From contig NC_043003.1 in NCBI RefSeq assembly GCF_006345805.1, forward strand, positions 17,608,001-17,672,000: a DNA stretch of 64,000 nucleotides, written 5' to 3'. The position numbers were made by a program, and so were the translations under genes. Source of the DNA: Octopus sinensis. Its lineage: Eukaryota. The notes under the pieces were generated by a model. It was not told the DNA's origin and did not search any database. It saw only the letters and a list, made by a program, of their open reading frames with translations. Positions 36,585-49,662 of this stretch are shown here, in pieces (the stretch's first letter is position 1; each line of letters starts with the position of its first letter).

Positions 36585-37030
36585 TATCATCATTTAACAT
36601 CCGCTCTCCATGTAGGCATGAGTTGGATGGCGAGTCAGAAGGCTGCACCAGGCTCCAATCTGATCTGGCAAAGTTTCTACAGCTGGATGGCCTTCCTAAT
36701 GCTGACCACTCCAAGAGTGTAATGGGTGCTTTTTATGTGCCATCGGCATAGGAGCCAGTCAGGTGGTACTGGCAACGATCACGCTCGAACGGTGCTTTTA
36801 ACATGCCATTGGCGTGGGTACCAATCAGGTGGTACTGTCATTGACCATGACAATGATTTCACTTAGTTTATTGACCAATGATTGAAAAGAACTCTTAAAT
36901 GGGCTGGTTATGCTGCACTAGCATAGGCCACAGATATGGTCTCACTTGGCTTGCAGGTCTTCTCAAGCACAGCATATCTCCAAAGGTCTCAATCACTTGT
37001 CATTGCCTCAGTTAGGACCTTTGTTTGAAG
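36585..37030 (-). mobile_element. RTE LINE 3' end
   Basis: tcacttggcttgcaggtcttctcaagcacagcatatctccaaaggtc matches 20260-20330. Confidence 0.75.
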
Positions 37031-37274
37031 GTCATGAATGTAAGTATATATATATATATAATCCTTAAGTGTGGATTTAGTAGACAAACTCTGAAAGAAC
37101 CCTGTCATGCAAACACACACACACACACATATATATTCTTTTTTATTCTTTTATTCTTTCTGTCATTTGACTGTGGCCATACTGGAGCACCACCTTTAGT
37201 TGAACAAACTGATTCTTTGTAAGCCTAGTACTTATTCTATCGGTCTGTTTTGCTAAGCTGCTAAGTTATGAGGA

Positions 37275-38556
37275 CAAATATGATTGGTAAACTGTTGGCA
37301 TGTTTTATTTTTAATTTGGAGCATGTACATTGTTTATTTTTGATTTTGTGGACTACACAGTATAGTTGGCTTAGTTGGGTACTGTCTGTGAGAAAAAGAG
37401 GACCATGACGCAATTCACTCTGCCAGAAATTTGGAAATAACATGCTGTACTGCTTGGCATTTGCATCAGAAGCTCCAATACGAATATTTCAGAGTGCTTG
37501 GATATCAATCTGAGGATTCGGAAAGAGCTGGATGAGTGAGTCTAATGGTGATTGCAAAGGTATGGAAACTCACTCTGATTATTCTGAAAAGTAAGGAACG
37601 CCTAACTTTGTTGGGGAGATCCAGGCTATGTTTGACAACAATCCTTCTTGGTCAAGCAGGTCCATCACCTGGGATGTAGGAGTGTCTGAGTTCATAATAA
37701 GGCAGATAGTGCATAAAGACATTAGGTATTCCTCATACAAAATCGAGAAAGGACCAATTTTTATCCCAAGCCATCAAGGACAAGAGGAAAGACTGTGCTA
37801 TGAAGCTTTTGAACAAACTCAAGCATCCCCTCCAACTAAACATTCTTTGGTTTTTTTTCAGATGAGAAAAATTTCTACCAGGATCAGATGGTGAACACAA
37901 AGAACAACCATTGGTTTGCCATCTCCTCAAAACATGTACCAAAAGTGATAAAAATCAGATGTCCAGTCAATATCATGGTGTTTGGAGTGATCACTAGTGA
38001 TAGTGACGTTATGCCTTTATTCATCTTCTCACATGGTCTCACACTGAACATGGAGGCCTATATCAAATGTCTGGGGGTAGTGCAGTCCTGGATCAAGAGG
38101 GTGGCTGCTGGAAGACCCTATGTTTGGCAACAGGACTCTGCACCATGCCACTCAAGCAGGAGAACCCAGTCATGGCTGTCAGACAATTTTTGTGACCACA
38201 ACACCCCTAACATCTGGCCACCTAACGCCCCAGACTGCAATCCCTTTGATTATTATGTGTGGAGCACAGTTGAGAAAAAGACCAACAAAACTCCTGGTAA
38301 CACCAAAAATGAACTGAAGGCAAGGATTATGACAGCATTCACTAATTTAAACAAGGAGACCATCCAGAAGAGTTGCAGGAGATTTTGAAGTCATCTGCAG
38401 GCCGTGGTTGAAGCCAATGGCGATTTTATTGAATAAATTTTCTTTTTAGCATTTTAAAATATCTTTCTGTAATTTTGGTAAATATTTCTGTGAAAATGAA
38501 ATGTCAGTGTTATTTTCATGTTTTGCATGATTTAGACAGTTTATTCACCACACCCT
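37275..38556 (+). mobile_element. Degenerate maT-family (DD37D) transposon
   Basis: QQDSAPCH...PDCNPFD with 37 residues between the aspartates; ends ttattcaccacaccct. Confidence 0.85.
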
Positions 38557-38557
38557 T

Positions 38558-38597
<40 letters not shown>

Positions 38598-38891
38598 TGC
38601 GTGTGTGTATGTGAGGGTGCATAGCCTTAGTGGTTAGAGTGCTGCACTTCTAATCTTGCAATCGTGATTTCAATACCTAGGCTGGGTGGCGCATTATGTT
38701 CTTGAGCACTTCATCTGACATTACCCTACAATCACTCCAACACCTAACGCATCTGTTCAACATATTCCTCTCTCAAATCCACACACTTATTGCAGCGGTC
38801 CTTCAGTTTTTCTAAACCCTGTAAAAGAACTTGGAAGCTTGTGCCTCCAGTCACACCTATTACTTGAAGCCACAAACTTTCCAGCACCCTC

Positions 38892-38939
<48 letters not shown>

Positions 38940-39284
38940 ATACACACACACATGTTAGGGTGCTGAAAAATTCTTGGCTTTGTGATTTAGTGTAAAATGA
39001 AATACAGGAGGTTCAGTTGATTACGATTTTATTCAACATATTCCCCTCTCTGATTCACACACTTATTGCAATGGTCCTTCAGTTTTTCTAACCCCTGTAA
39101 AAGAACTCAGAAGGTTGGACCTCCAACCAGGCCTATCGCGATACCCTTAAAACCAGGAACTTTTCAACATCTTCCCATATGTAAATATTTTCTTCAATGG
39201 TTTGTTTTTGTATATATATACACAGAGCCTATTTGAAAGCTGATAAAATGTGAGAGTCTTGTGGGAGACAATAATAATAATAAT

Positions 39285-39566
39285 GATAATGACAAATAAT
39301 AATAACAAACATAGATTTACTTTTTTATGGATACATTGTAATTGTTACAATATTATAAACCTACTGATAATATCCATTTTTGTGCCAATACTTTATACAT
39401 CTTAACCAAATGAATGCTTATATTGATATTTTTAAAATCCTTCACATACAAGCTACAAAAATTAATTCTTTTAGATTGCAGAAGAATTTAAGTCTGGAAA
39501 ACATATGTTCAGCAAAGTTTATCAGGTGTCAGACAAAACTATTTTAATTAATCCATGCACGCGTGA

Positions 39567-39604
<38 letters not shown>

Positions 39605-40357
39605 ATGTGTGCGTGTGTGTGTGCGTGCGTGTGTGAGAGAGAGAAGGAATGAGTATATATATTATATTACATTTCCAGAGCAAAATTTTGGATAACAAAT
39701 TTTTTCAAACTTGCAACTTTTTCAAGTTTTCAATATTTAAATGAAAATATCAAATGTTGAGGCGAAAATTTCGAGTTGAAATTAATAACAACAACAACAG
39801 CAGCAGCAGTAACAACAACAGCAACAACCACAACAACAATAGGAATAATAATCCTTTCTATTATGGATACAAGGCCTGAAATTTTTGTGGTTGGTTCTAC
39901 CAACAGAACTGAACCCCAGGGCTTGTCTGGCACTTATTTCAAAAGACCCCAAAAGGATAAGAGGCAAAGTTGACTTCAGCAGAATTTAAATTCAGAATGT
40001 AAAAATGGAAAACAAGTGCTGTTAAACATTTTGTCCAGCATGCTAATGATTCTAATAATAATAATAATAATAATAAAATAATGACAAATAATAATAACAA
40101 ACATAGATTTACTTTTTTATGGATACATTGTAATTGTTACAATATTATAAACCTACTGATAATATCCATTTTTGTGCCAATACTTTATACATCTTAACCA
40201 ATGAATGCTTATATTGATATTTTTAAAATCCTTCACATACAAGCTACAAAAATTAATTCTTTTAGATTGCAGAAGAATTTAAGTCTGGAAAACATATGTT
40301 CAGCAAAGTTTATCAGGTGTCAGACAAAACTATTTTAATTAATCCATGCACGCGTGA

Positions 40358-40432
<75 letters not shown>

Positions 40433-40879
40433 GTGTGTGCGTGTGTGTGTGCGTGCGTGTGTGAGAGAGAGAAGGAATGAGTATATATATTATATTACAT
40501 TTCCAGAGCAAAATTTTGGATAACAAATTTTTTCAAACTTGCAACTTTTTCAAGTTTTCAATATTAAATGAAAATATCAAATGTTGAGGCGAAAATTTCG
40601 AGTTGAAATTAATAACAACAACAACAGCAGCAGCAGTAACAACAACAGCAACAACCACAACAACAATAGGAATAATAATCCTTTCTATTATGGATACAAG
40701 GCCTGAAATTTTTGTGGTTGGTTCTACCAACAGAACTGAACCCCAGGGCTTGTCTGGCACTTATTTCAAAAGACCCCAAAAGGATAAGAGGCAAAGTTGA
40801 CTTCAGCAGAATTTGAATTCAGAATGTAAAAATGGAAAACAAGTGCTGTTAAACATTTTGTCCAGCATGCTAATGATTC

Positions 40880-40890
<11 letters not shown>
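39285..40890. repeat. Near-identical ~800-bp tandem duplication bounded by (AAT)n
   Basis: 39285-40080 vs 40081-40890 differ mainly by 1-nt indels and microsatellite length. Confidence 0.9.
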
Positions 40891-40918
<28 letters not shown>

Positions 40919-41084
40919 TAGTAATAATCCTTTCTACTGTAGCCACAAGGCCTGAAATTTTGGGGAAGGCAGCAAGTCGATTATATCAACCACAGTGTTT
41001 CAGTGGTACTTAATTTATCGACCCCAAAAGGATGAAAGGCAAGTCAACCTCGGTGGAATTTGAACTCAGCATAATAATAATAAC

Positions 41085-41466
41085 AACAAAAGCACTCAGA
41101 GAGCACAAAATTCTGCCAAGGCAACATCAACAACCTCTCAACGATTAGCCAAAGATGATTTTTAAAATGAGAACATCTGAAATAAACTCAACTGCTCTCA
41201 CAAATGAGAATTCTAGAAATGAATCTGACCATTCTCAATAATTAAGTAAAAACAAAAAAAAAACGGAAAAATAATCTAGAATCCTTGTCCAGTACCGGGA
41301 TCAATCACCAAATCTAATCAGTTCATGCTAGTCACGTGGCCAAACATCCCTGAAAATTTCATCCGAATCCATCCAGTGGTTCTTGAGATATCTTGTCCAC
41401 GGACAAACAAACAAATAAACAAACACAACTGAAAACAATACCTCCGCCTTCGCTAAGGCAGAGGTA
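41085..41466 (+). mobile_element. Helitron/Helentron-associated (DINE-like) non-autonomous element
   Basis: aaaatttcatccgaatcc motif, (caaa)n, terminal hairpin tacctccgcc-ttcgctaa-ggcagaggta. Confidence 0.5.
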
Positions 41467-42033
41467 TTGAGGAGGATGATGATGATGATGATGATGATTT
41501 CCTTTATTGGCCACAAGGGCCCAAGATATGGAGAAGACCATCAAAGGATGAGTTACAACACATAAAAAACAGGTGAGGGTTTACTTTGATGAAAGGGAAA
41601 CACTACTACATCAAAGGTTATAACAAAGGATATATGAATAGAAATTAGAAAAACAAATCATTGATAAATAAATAGATTCCCCAAATGCCAATAACAGCAA
41701 CAATAACAACAATAATCCTTAATACTATAGGCATAAGGGTTAAACAATTATATCAACCACTATGTTCAACTTCTTTATTTTACCAAAATAATAATGTCTT
41801 TCTAATTTTTGGAATAAGGCCAGCAAATTAAAGGGCAGTGGTTCAGTTGATTACATCAATCCCAATACTTGACTGGTATTTATTTTATTGAGCCCCCTCC
41901 CCCTGAAGAAATGAAAGGTGAAGTTGACTTTGGCAGTATTTGAACCCAGAAACATAAGTCTGAAAGAAATGTTGCTAAGCATTTTGTCCAGCATGCTAAT
42001 GGTTCTGCCAGTTCACTGCTTTGTTGTTGTTGT

Positions 42034-42074
<41 letters not shown>

Positions 42075-42504
42075 AATTCTTTTATTAGCCATAAGGGCTC
42101 ACATACAAAACATTAAAAGACACACAACATAAAAGACAAAAACAGGACAATACAATGGGTTTTTGCATGTACACAATATGAATAACAGTTAAAAATTAAA
42201 CAAATTAAACTCCCAAAAGGGGAGGCGCTTTAAGGTTCTCGTGGAAAAAATCCACAAAAGCCACAGGTGCCTAAACAACAGGGCAAAAGCCCTTCTTTTT
42301 TTGCAGGTGCATGCCTAGAATTAGTCCTTTCACACGGGCCATTCTTCCAACATTCCCCCACCTTTCAACAAACTTGCTACAAGACATTTCCCTCTCCACC
42401 CTCAACTTCCTTTTCTAGTTGATGAAGGTTTGGCTAAAAAGGGAGTAACACCAGAATAATAATAATTAATAATAATAATAATAATAATGATAATAATAAT
42501 AATA

Positions 42505-42673
42505 TGGTTCTTATGGTTTCTTAAACATTCTCTAGAACAACACTATGTACAAAACCAAATATATAGCACCCTAGGCATAACACCAACATGAACTTCCAAC
42601 TTGTTGTCTCTTGAGGTCTCTGGGTGACACTTGGTGCCAACTTGTACAAATGTAAAGCAAAAGTTATGCATAA

Positions 42674-42675
<2 letters not shown>
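42505..42675 (+). mobile_element. 3' UTR of Dong/R4-like LINE in (AAT)n
   Basis: aacatgaacttccaac...ctctgggtgacacttggtgccaacttgtacaaatgtaaagcaaaag matches 61115-61206. Confidence 0.7.
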
Positions 42676-42732
<57 letters not shown>

Positions 42733-42772
42733 AAATACAAAGCAAAAGTCAAACATATAATAGTAATAATAA

Positions 42773-43329
42773 ATGCCCTGATGCAGTATCAGGCAGTGGC
42801 TCTCATGGCTTCTTATCTTAACTGATTGGAAGTGTTATCATGTACATTGTTTTGTCTTGGTATAAAAGATGGGCTACAGCAAATATTCTGCTCAATACCA
42901 CAGATTTGCTTGTCAGTTGTTTGACTGTAACCAGTTGACCATGTCCCTTAGTGGCTGATGATATGTGCATCTCTGATCATGAGCAGAAGTAGTGGGGGAG
43001 CATCATAGCCATGTGTTGAAGGGAATTCTTTGAGATTTGGATAATTCACTTCTGGAAACATGGGTATTTCGTTCACCATCCTTAACCAAGCCTTATTCAG
43101 GGACCTTTTGAGTGGGATGGGTTACTCGACCAGAAGAAAATTCTACCTGGGCCCCAAATGCAAGGTCATGTGCTGTTTATCTTGATATGACATCACCATG
43201 TCGTGCAGATATGGTTGTGATGCATGTGCCTTATGTACTCTTATCAGACGGGTAGTCATGATGGGTATATTGGGCTTTGTATATTTGTACTCCAGTGTCA
43301 TTTTGATGGCATGTACTGCTCTCTCACTC
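42773..43329 (+). mobile_element. Family D element, full length
   Basis: aataaatgccctgatgcag ... ctctctcactc. Confidence 0.8.
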
Positions 43330-43521
43330 ATTAATAACAATAATGGCGGTTTCAAATTTTGGTACAGGACCAGCAAGTTTGGGGGTGGGAGTACTCAATT
43401 ACATTGACCCCAGTCCCCAACAGGTGCTTATTTTAATGACCCCTGAAAGGATGAAAGGTAAAGTCTACCTCGGTGGAATGCCTGGCATGCTAACAATTCT
43501 GCCTTAATAATAATAATAATA

Positions 43522-43556
<35 letters not shown>

Positions 43557-43579
43557 AATAATAATAAGAAGAAGAAGAA

Positions 43580-43978
43580 TCTTTTCTACTAGAAACACAA
43601 GGCCTCAAATTTGTGGGGAGGGATTAAGTCGATCACATTGACCCCAGTGTGTAACTGGTACTAATTTAATCGACCCCGAAAGGATGAAAGACAAAGTCGA
43701 CTGCGGCGGAATTTGAACTCAGTACATAGCAGCAGACAAATACCTATTTCTTTACTACCCACAAGGGGCTAAACACAGAGAGGACAAGCAAAGACAGACA
43801 AACGGATTAAGTCGATTACATCGACCCCAGTGTGTAACTGGTACTTAATTTATCGACTCCCGAAAGGATGAATGGCAAAGTCGACCTCGGCGGAATTTGA
43901 ACTCAGAACGTAACAGCAGACGAAATACCCGCAAAGCATTTCGCCCGGCGTGTTAACGTCTCTGCCAGTTCGCCGCAC
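43580..43978 (-). mobile_element. SINE-A dimer with alternative tail on the second unit
   Basis: Junction gacaaatacctatttctttactaccc. Confidence 0.8.
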
Positions 43979-44068
43979 AATAACAACAACAACAACAACA
44001 ATATCAAGACATGTGAAATAAACATTTTGACAATAAAACTCATGTGTGATCAAATTAATTATAATTAC

Positions 44069-44111
<43 letters not shown>

Positions 44112-45285
44112 GGTTTTGTTTTAGAATACCCAAATTTACCAAAATAAAAATAATAATAATTTTTCTCAACACATTTATGGATTCAAAATAGTCACTGTTC
44201 CCCTCTTTACATCCATAGTTTGCCAAATATAATTTTTAAACAGATGCATTTTTAGATTTGGCTGTTATAAAAATAGCACTGTCATTTCTTCCCTCCGTTT
44301 TTCTTCACACTTTCCTAACCCCATCCCCCCACCTCATACACAGACACACACACACGCGCTACTAGTTTATCTTAGTTTGGATACTTGGTAACTGTTTATG
44401 TATATTCTCTACCAGCTGGTAAGAAGAAGAAGAAGAACGAGAAAGGAAAAAAAGGGATGCTAAGAGAAACAGAAACAAGTTAAATAAGATAATAACAAAT
44501 TGTGATATTAACCTACCTCCGTTGCTTTTACTTTGCGAAAAAACAACTAATTTTTGCCTCTCACAGGAACATATTTACCAGCTAAATTCTCGTGGAGTCC
44601 TGTCGATATAAATGTTTATAGCTACAGAAAGAATACGTGAAAGTGTGTGAGTAAAAGTGTGTCTGCCTGTACCACATTTATATTATATTTGCACATTAGT
44701 ACAGACAAAAAATAAAAGAAGAAAATAAAACTCATTTGAGTAGGGGGGGATGACGATGAGGTCCTTGTAATTTTCTAAGAGTACGTGTATAATTGTGTGT
44801 ATGTTTGGGTGTGTTTGCGAACGTGCGTCTGTATTTTTTTTTTTATCTGTTAAGTGTGTATATTGTTTATCTGCATGTGTAATGTGTGAAATTACGAGTA
44901 TATTGACTGTTAGCGATGTAGCAGGAATGCTTTTGCGATAACGTGCACGGATAGGTGCGACTGTAGATGAAGCGGACATCAGAATTATAACAACTTCCAG
45001 TTCGTGTGTTTGATGTAGGTACATCGAAGTATGAATACGACTGTCTGTCAATTTATTATGAATGGAGAGATGATGATAGGAGAGCCAAGAAGTTGTGTGT
45101 GTAATTATGTGTGCCTTTTTGTATGTGTGTATATGTGTGTGTGACATGTATGGATGGATGGATGGTTGGCTGTGTATATATGTATGTGTATATACACACA
45201 CATACACATTTTATGTGTGAGTGAGGTGTGTATACACGTGCATATATGCACTTGTCTATGTTATGTGCATGATGACATACACGTA

Positions 45286-45338
<53 letters not shown>

Positions 45339-45354
45339 TACATACTTACACATA

Positions 45355-45493
45355 TCATCATCGTTTAACATGTTTTCCATGCTGGCATGGGTTGGCTGGC
45401 TTGACAGTAACTGGTAAACCCAGGGGCTGCACTAGGTTCAATAATCTGCTTTGACTTGGTTTCTACAGCTAGATGCCCTTCCTAACACCAACT
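45355..45493 (-). mobile_element. RTE-type LINE 3' tail
   Basis: catcatcgtttaacatgttttccatgctggcatgggttgg ... gatgcccttcctaacacc. Confidence 0.7.
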
Positions 45494-45922
45494 CAGATTT
45501 GGTTGTCAGTTGTTTGACCTTAACCAGTTGACCATGTCCCTTAGTGGCTGATGATATGTGCATCTCTGATCATGAGCAGAAGTAGTGGGGGAGCATCATA
45601 GCCATGTGTTGAGAGGGATTCTTTGGGGTTTGAATGATTCACCTCTGGAAACATGTGTTGTTTCGTTTAACATCCTTAAACAACCCTTATTCAGGGACCT
45701 TTTGAGCGGGGTGGGCTACTCGACCAGAAGAAAATTCTAACTGGGCCCCACCTGCAAGGTCATATGCTGTTTATCTTGATATGAAATCACCATGTCACAC
45801 ACATATGGTTGTGATGCATGTGCCTTGTGTACCCTTATCAGACGAGTAGTCATGATGGGTATACTGGGCTTCGTATATTTTACCCCAGTGTCACTTTGAT
45901 GGCATGCACTGCTCTCTCATTC
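45494..45922 (+). mobile_element. Family D element, 5'-truncated
   Basis: cagatttggttgtcagtt ... ctctctcattc(aat)n. Confidence 0.8.
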
Positions 45923-46399
45923 AATAATAATAATAATAATAATCCTTTCTATTATAGGCACAAGGCATGAAATTTTGGGGTGGGGGCTAGTCATTTACAT
46001 CAACCCCAATGCATAACTGGTACTTATTTTATTGACCCTGAAAGGATGAAAAGTCGACCTTGGCAGAAATTGAACTCAGAACATAAGGACAGATCAAAGC
46101 CACTAAGCTTTTTGCCCAGCATTGTAATGATTCTGCCAGCTCACCAATAGTACCAGCATTGAAAATTACTAATTCATCTGCTCCCATCTCCCCACACTGC
46201 TTGCGTATCCTTAAAGACTTTCCAAGACTGAAGGAAATTGTAGTTATAAATGAATCCATGCTGCAAAATATATCTGTACCTGCTTATACTAAGCCAAAGG
46301 ACCCATGATCTTCAGGCAAGTGACCACTAAGATCTTCTTTCCAGATGCTGAAAACATCCCTCAATATCCTTCCCATGTCTCCCATGTTCACAAGCTCAG

Positions 46400-46668
46400 A
46401 TTTCCACAATCAACATTGGCACAATGCAAGGTAGATATGGTGAGATTGCTGAAATGCTTGAGTGAAGGCGTATAGATGTGTGCTGTGTGCAAGAGACATG
46501 CTGGAGGGGAGTCTCAGCTAGACTGCACACAGGTAAAAGATATGGATTCTTTTGGGTGGGAGTAGCAATGAGTTAGGTGACATAGATATTCTTTTGAAAG
46601 AGAAACGGGTAGATGAGATGAGTGAGGTGGTCAGAATGTGTGATAGAATTGTTCAGATAAGATTAGTC
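46400..46668 (+). mobile_element. Degenerate RTE-type APE endonuclease N-terminal fragment
   Basis: INIGTMQGRYGEIAEMLE*RRIDVCCVQETCWRG...VVRMCDRIVQIRL. Confidence 0.65.
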
Positions 46669-46829
46669 CAGTTTAATGTGGTAATGAGCAGAATATTTGC
46701 TGTAGCCCATCTTTTTTGCCAAACTGCTAAGATATGAAGACATAAGCACACCGACATCGGTTGTCAAGTGATGTTGGGGGTGGGACAAACACAGATACAC
46801 ACATGAATATATACATATATATATATATT

Positions 46830-47010
46830 TTGACAGAAATGGTAAGACAACAAAAGAAAGAAAGAGACCTTGATATTATGTAAACAGAGGAATTTATCTG
46901 TAAATGTAATACGTGACAATTATTCGGTAGCCATGATAAAACTTCCACCCCGACATCCGAAACTCAGAGTTTTATCATGGCTACCGAATAATTGTCACAT
47001 ATTACATTTA
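46830..47010. mobile_element. Fold-back element with a half hammerhead, inside the (TA)n of a SINE-B remnant
   Basis: 43-bp inverted arms 46901-46943 / 46968-47010; loop has catccGAAActcagagTT. Confidence 0.6.
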
Positions 47011-47054
47011 AACACACACACTCACACACACACACATATATATATATAAATGGA

Positions 47055-47317
47055 TGTGTGTATTTTTCCCTTGTTTACAATTAACATGGAAAAAATAAAT
47101 AAATAGTTACCAGGGCAGCAAAAAATCACACAAGTAATAAGGACGTAACACTCTGTAAAGGTAGAAACTCTGGGTTGATGTGGTATATTTTGTATAATAT
47201 ATGTAAATAAATAAATGAAGTTAAACGCAGGTGTTATTCAAATTCCTTTACTTCCGACAGATGTTGGAAGTAAAGGAATTTGAATAACACCTGCATTTAA
47301 CTCCATTTATTCATTTA
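47055..47317. mobile_element. Fold-back element ending in a near-perfect palindrome
   Basis: ~55-bp arms, centre aca-ga-tgt at about 47257-47264. Confidence 0.6.
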
Positions 47318-47321
47318 TATA

Positions 47322-48484
47322 TCTCTATATATAAAACTGAGAATGTCTGTCTGTCTGTCTCTGTGTTTCCCTAAAACTTGAGAACTACACAACCAATATC
47401 ATTCAAATTTTACACATGCTTTACTTAGGGTCCGGGGAGTGTCAGCGACAAAAAATTCTTTTAACTTTTTGCCTAGGGCGAGCCCACAGCAATATCATAT
47501 CTTCTCCAATACGATTCCCTAAAACTTGAGAACTACACAACCAATTTCATTCAAATTTTACACATGCCTTACTTAGGGTTTCATGGGCAAAAAAATTTTC
47601 AACTTCTTGCCTAGAGCAAGTCCATAGCAATATCATATCTTCTCCACTATTTCAGTATTATGTGTTAAAAGTGAAACAAAAATATTTCTCTATTTTATGT
47701 CAGATGCTTTCACTTTAACAATAAAAATAATAATAACAATTGAATTATAAGTAGTAAGTAATAATTAAAATCAAACTAAAGTATGATATAATCGTAACAT
47801 AACAAAAGTAAAAATAGCAATAGGTATAAAATTGCATCAATGACTTGAATTTGAATAAGTGGTTTCACATGAATGGGAATAAATTAAAAATAAAATTAGC
47901 GTGCAGAAATGGAATAGTCCAGATGGATAATAAAAAATTAAATTAAAGAAAAGACTATTGTCTATAAAGTATACAATGTAGAGAAAAAAGATTTGAACAT
48001 CTGGAGGAAAGCACCATCAAAAAGTGTCTTGGTGCGACTATGAAAGATATCTAACCAGAGGCGGTAATTTCGCCACAATAGAAGCAAGGTTCGAGTCAAC
48101 AGAGCGTGCAAGGAAGTACTCGACTCGAACTTGCAAAGTGGAAATATTTTATTTTTACCTTTATATCTGGGATGTAGGATGTCCTGGATAAAAATTAAAA
48201 GTGGCCCCCCCAGAAGTAGAAGTAGGCTGGATTGTAGCCACACTTCTATACAAGAGGGAAGACAAGATACAATTGATCAACATTGCAAGAGACAGGCTTA
48301 CAATTCCAGTCTTTTATATATTTTGAGTATTGTTGTCATTAGCGATATCAAGATATAACTTAGTATTTTGTATTTTATGTGTAGATATATATATATATAG
48401 ATGTACATGTAATATGTACACATATATATTCACATATATACATGCACTAGCACTATGACCCGGCAACGACGGGTCATAATGCTA
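47322..48484 (+). mobile_element. Non-autonomous Helitron with internal duplication and captured sequence
   Basis: 5' a|tctctatatataaaactgag; 3' hairpin tatgaccc-ggcaacgac-gggtcata then CTAG|t. Confidence 0.65.
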
Positions 48485-48499
48485 GTATATATATATTTG

Positions 48500-48885
48500 T
48501 AGGCGCGGGTATGGCTGTGTGGTTAGGGAGCTTGCTTCTTAGCTACATGGTTTCAGGTTCAGTTCCACCACGAGGCACTTTGGGTAAGTGTCTTCTGCTA
48601 TAGCAGACTGAAGCTTTGTTATTGAATTTGGTAGGCGTAAGTAAATACCGTGTGTGTATATGTGTGTGTAGGTGCTTGTGCCTCCGAGAGGAGGAGAGAG
48701 GGATATATATAAATATATATATGTGATGGGCTTCTTTCAGTTTCCATCTACCAAATCCACTCACAAGGCTTTGGTCGGCCCAAGGCTATAGTAGAAGACA
48801 CTTGCCCAAGGTGCCATGCAGTGGGACTGAACCCAGAACCATGTGCTTGGGAAGCAAGCTTCTTACCACACAGCCACTTCTGCAT
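48500..48885. mobile_element. Two SINE-B head fragments in inverted orientation
   Basis: 48500-48680 plus, 48725-48885 minus. Confidence 0.7.
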
Positions 48886-49137
48886 CTATCTAAATATATA
48901 AAAACATTCTTAGCTTTTGAAAGAAACTTGAAATTATAACAGAGAGTAATAGCAGCATTCGTCATGCCATCTGATTCTGATTGCACTGCATAAGCACCGT
49001 CTCTCAGTACTTACAAAAAATTTGTATTCACATTCATGATCAGTCGCCTTTTCATGTATTTAGAACATTAAGCATAGTCTGGGCAGCTTAGTATGAGCTC
49101 ATTTTCTTCCTCTCTGTTAGGAGAGACAAGCACTTAG

Positions 49138-49560
49138 TAGGCACAGGAATGGTTGCTTCCCAGCCACATTGTATTTATTTCTTTACTACCCACAAGGGGC
49201 TAAACATAGAGGGGACAAACAAGGACAGACAACGGGATTAAGTTGATTACATCAACCCCAGTGAGTAACTGGTACTTAATTTATTGAACCTGAAAGGATG
49301 AAAAGCAAAGTCGACCTTGGTGAAATTTGAACTCACAATGTAACGGCAGACGAAATACGGTTACGCATTTCGCCCGGCATGCTAACATTTCTGCCAGCTC
49401 ACCGCCTTTATCCCAGCCACATTGTACTGAGTTCAGTCCCTCTCTGTGGCACCTTGAGCACATGTCTTCTGCTATAGCCTCAGGCCGACCAAAGCTTTGT
49501 GATTAAATTTGGTAGGCAGAAGTTTCCGTTGTGTGTGTAAATGGTAAGTGCTTGTGCCTC
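49138..49560 (+). mobile_element. SINE-B with nested SINE-A (49174-49410, minus)
   Basis: 16-bp TSD tcccagccacattgta at 49158-49173 and 49411-49426. Confidence 0.8.
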
Positions 49561-49662
49561 CTAAGACTGGGCTGCTTGGTAAATACAACACAGATGGAGC
49601 CAAGTTGATTCAAGAATTTACGGTGTTTTACTTATAAAAATATGGCTACAGGGAGCAAGAGA

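Noticed and set aside
42950-43010. CTGA(C/T)GA in family D as a hammerhead core
   Set aside because: It is followed by GAAG rather than GAAA, and no UH site with a matching helix I could be placed.
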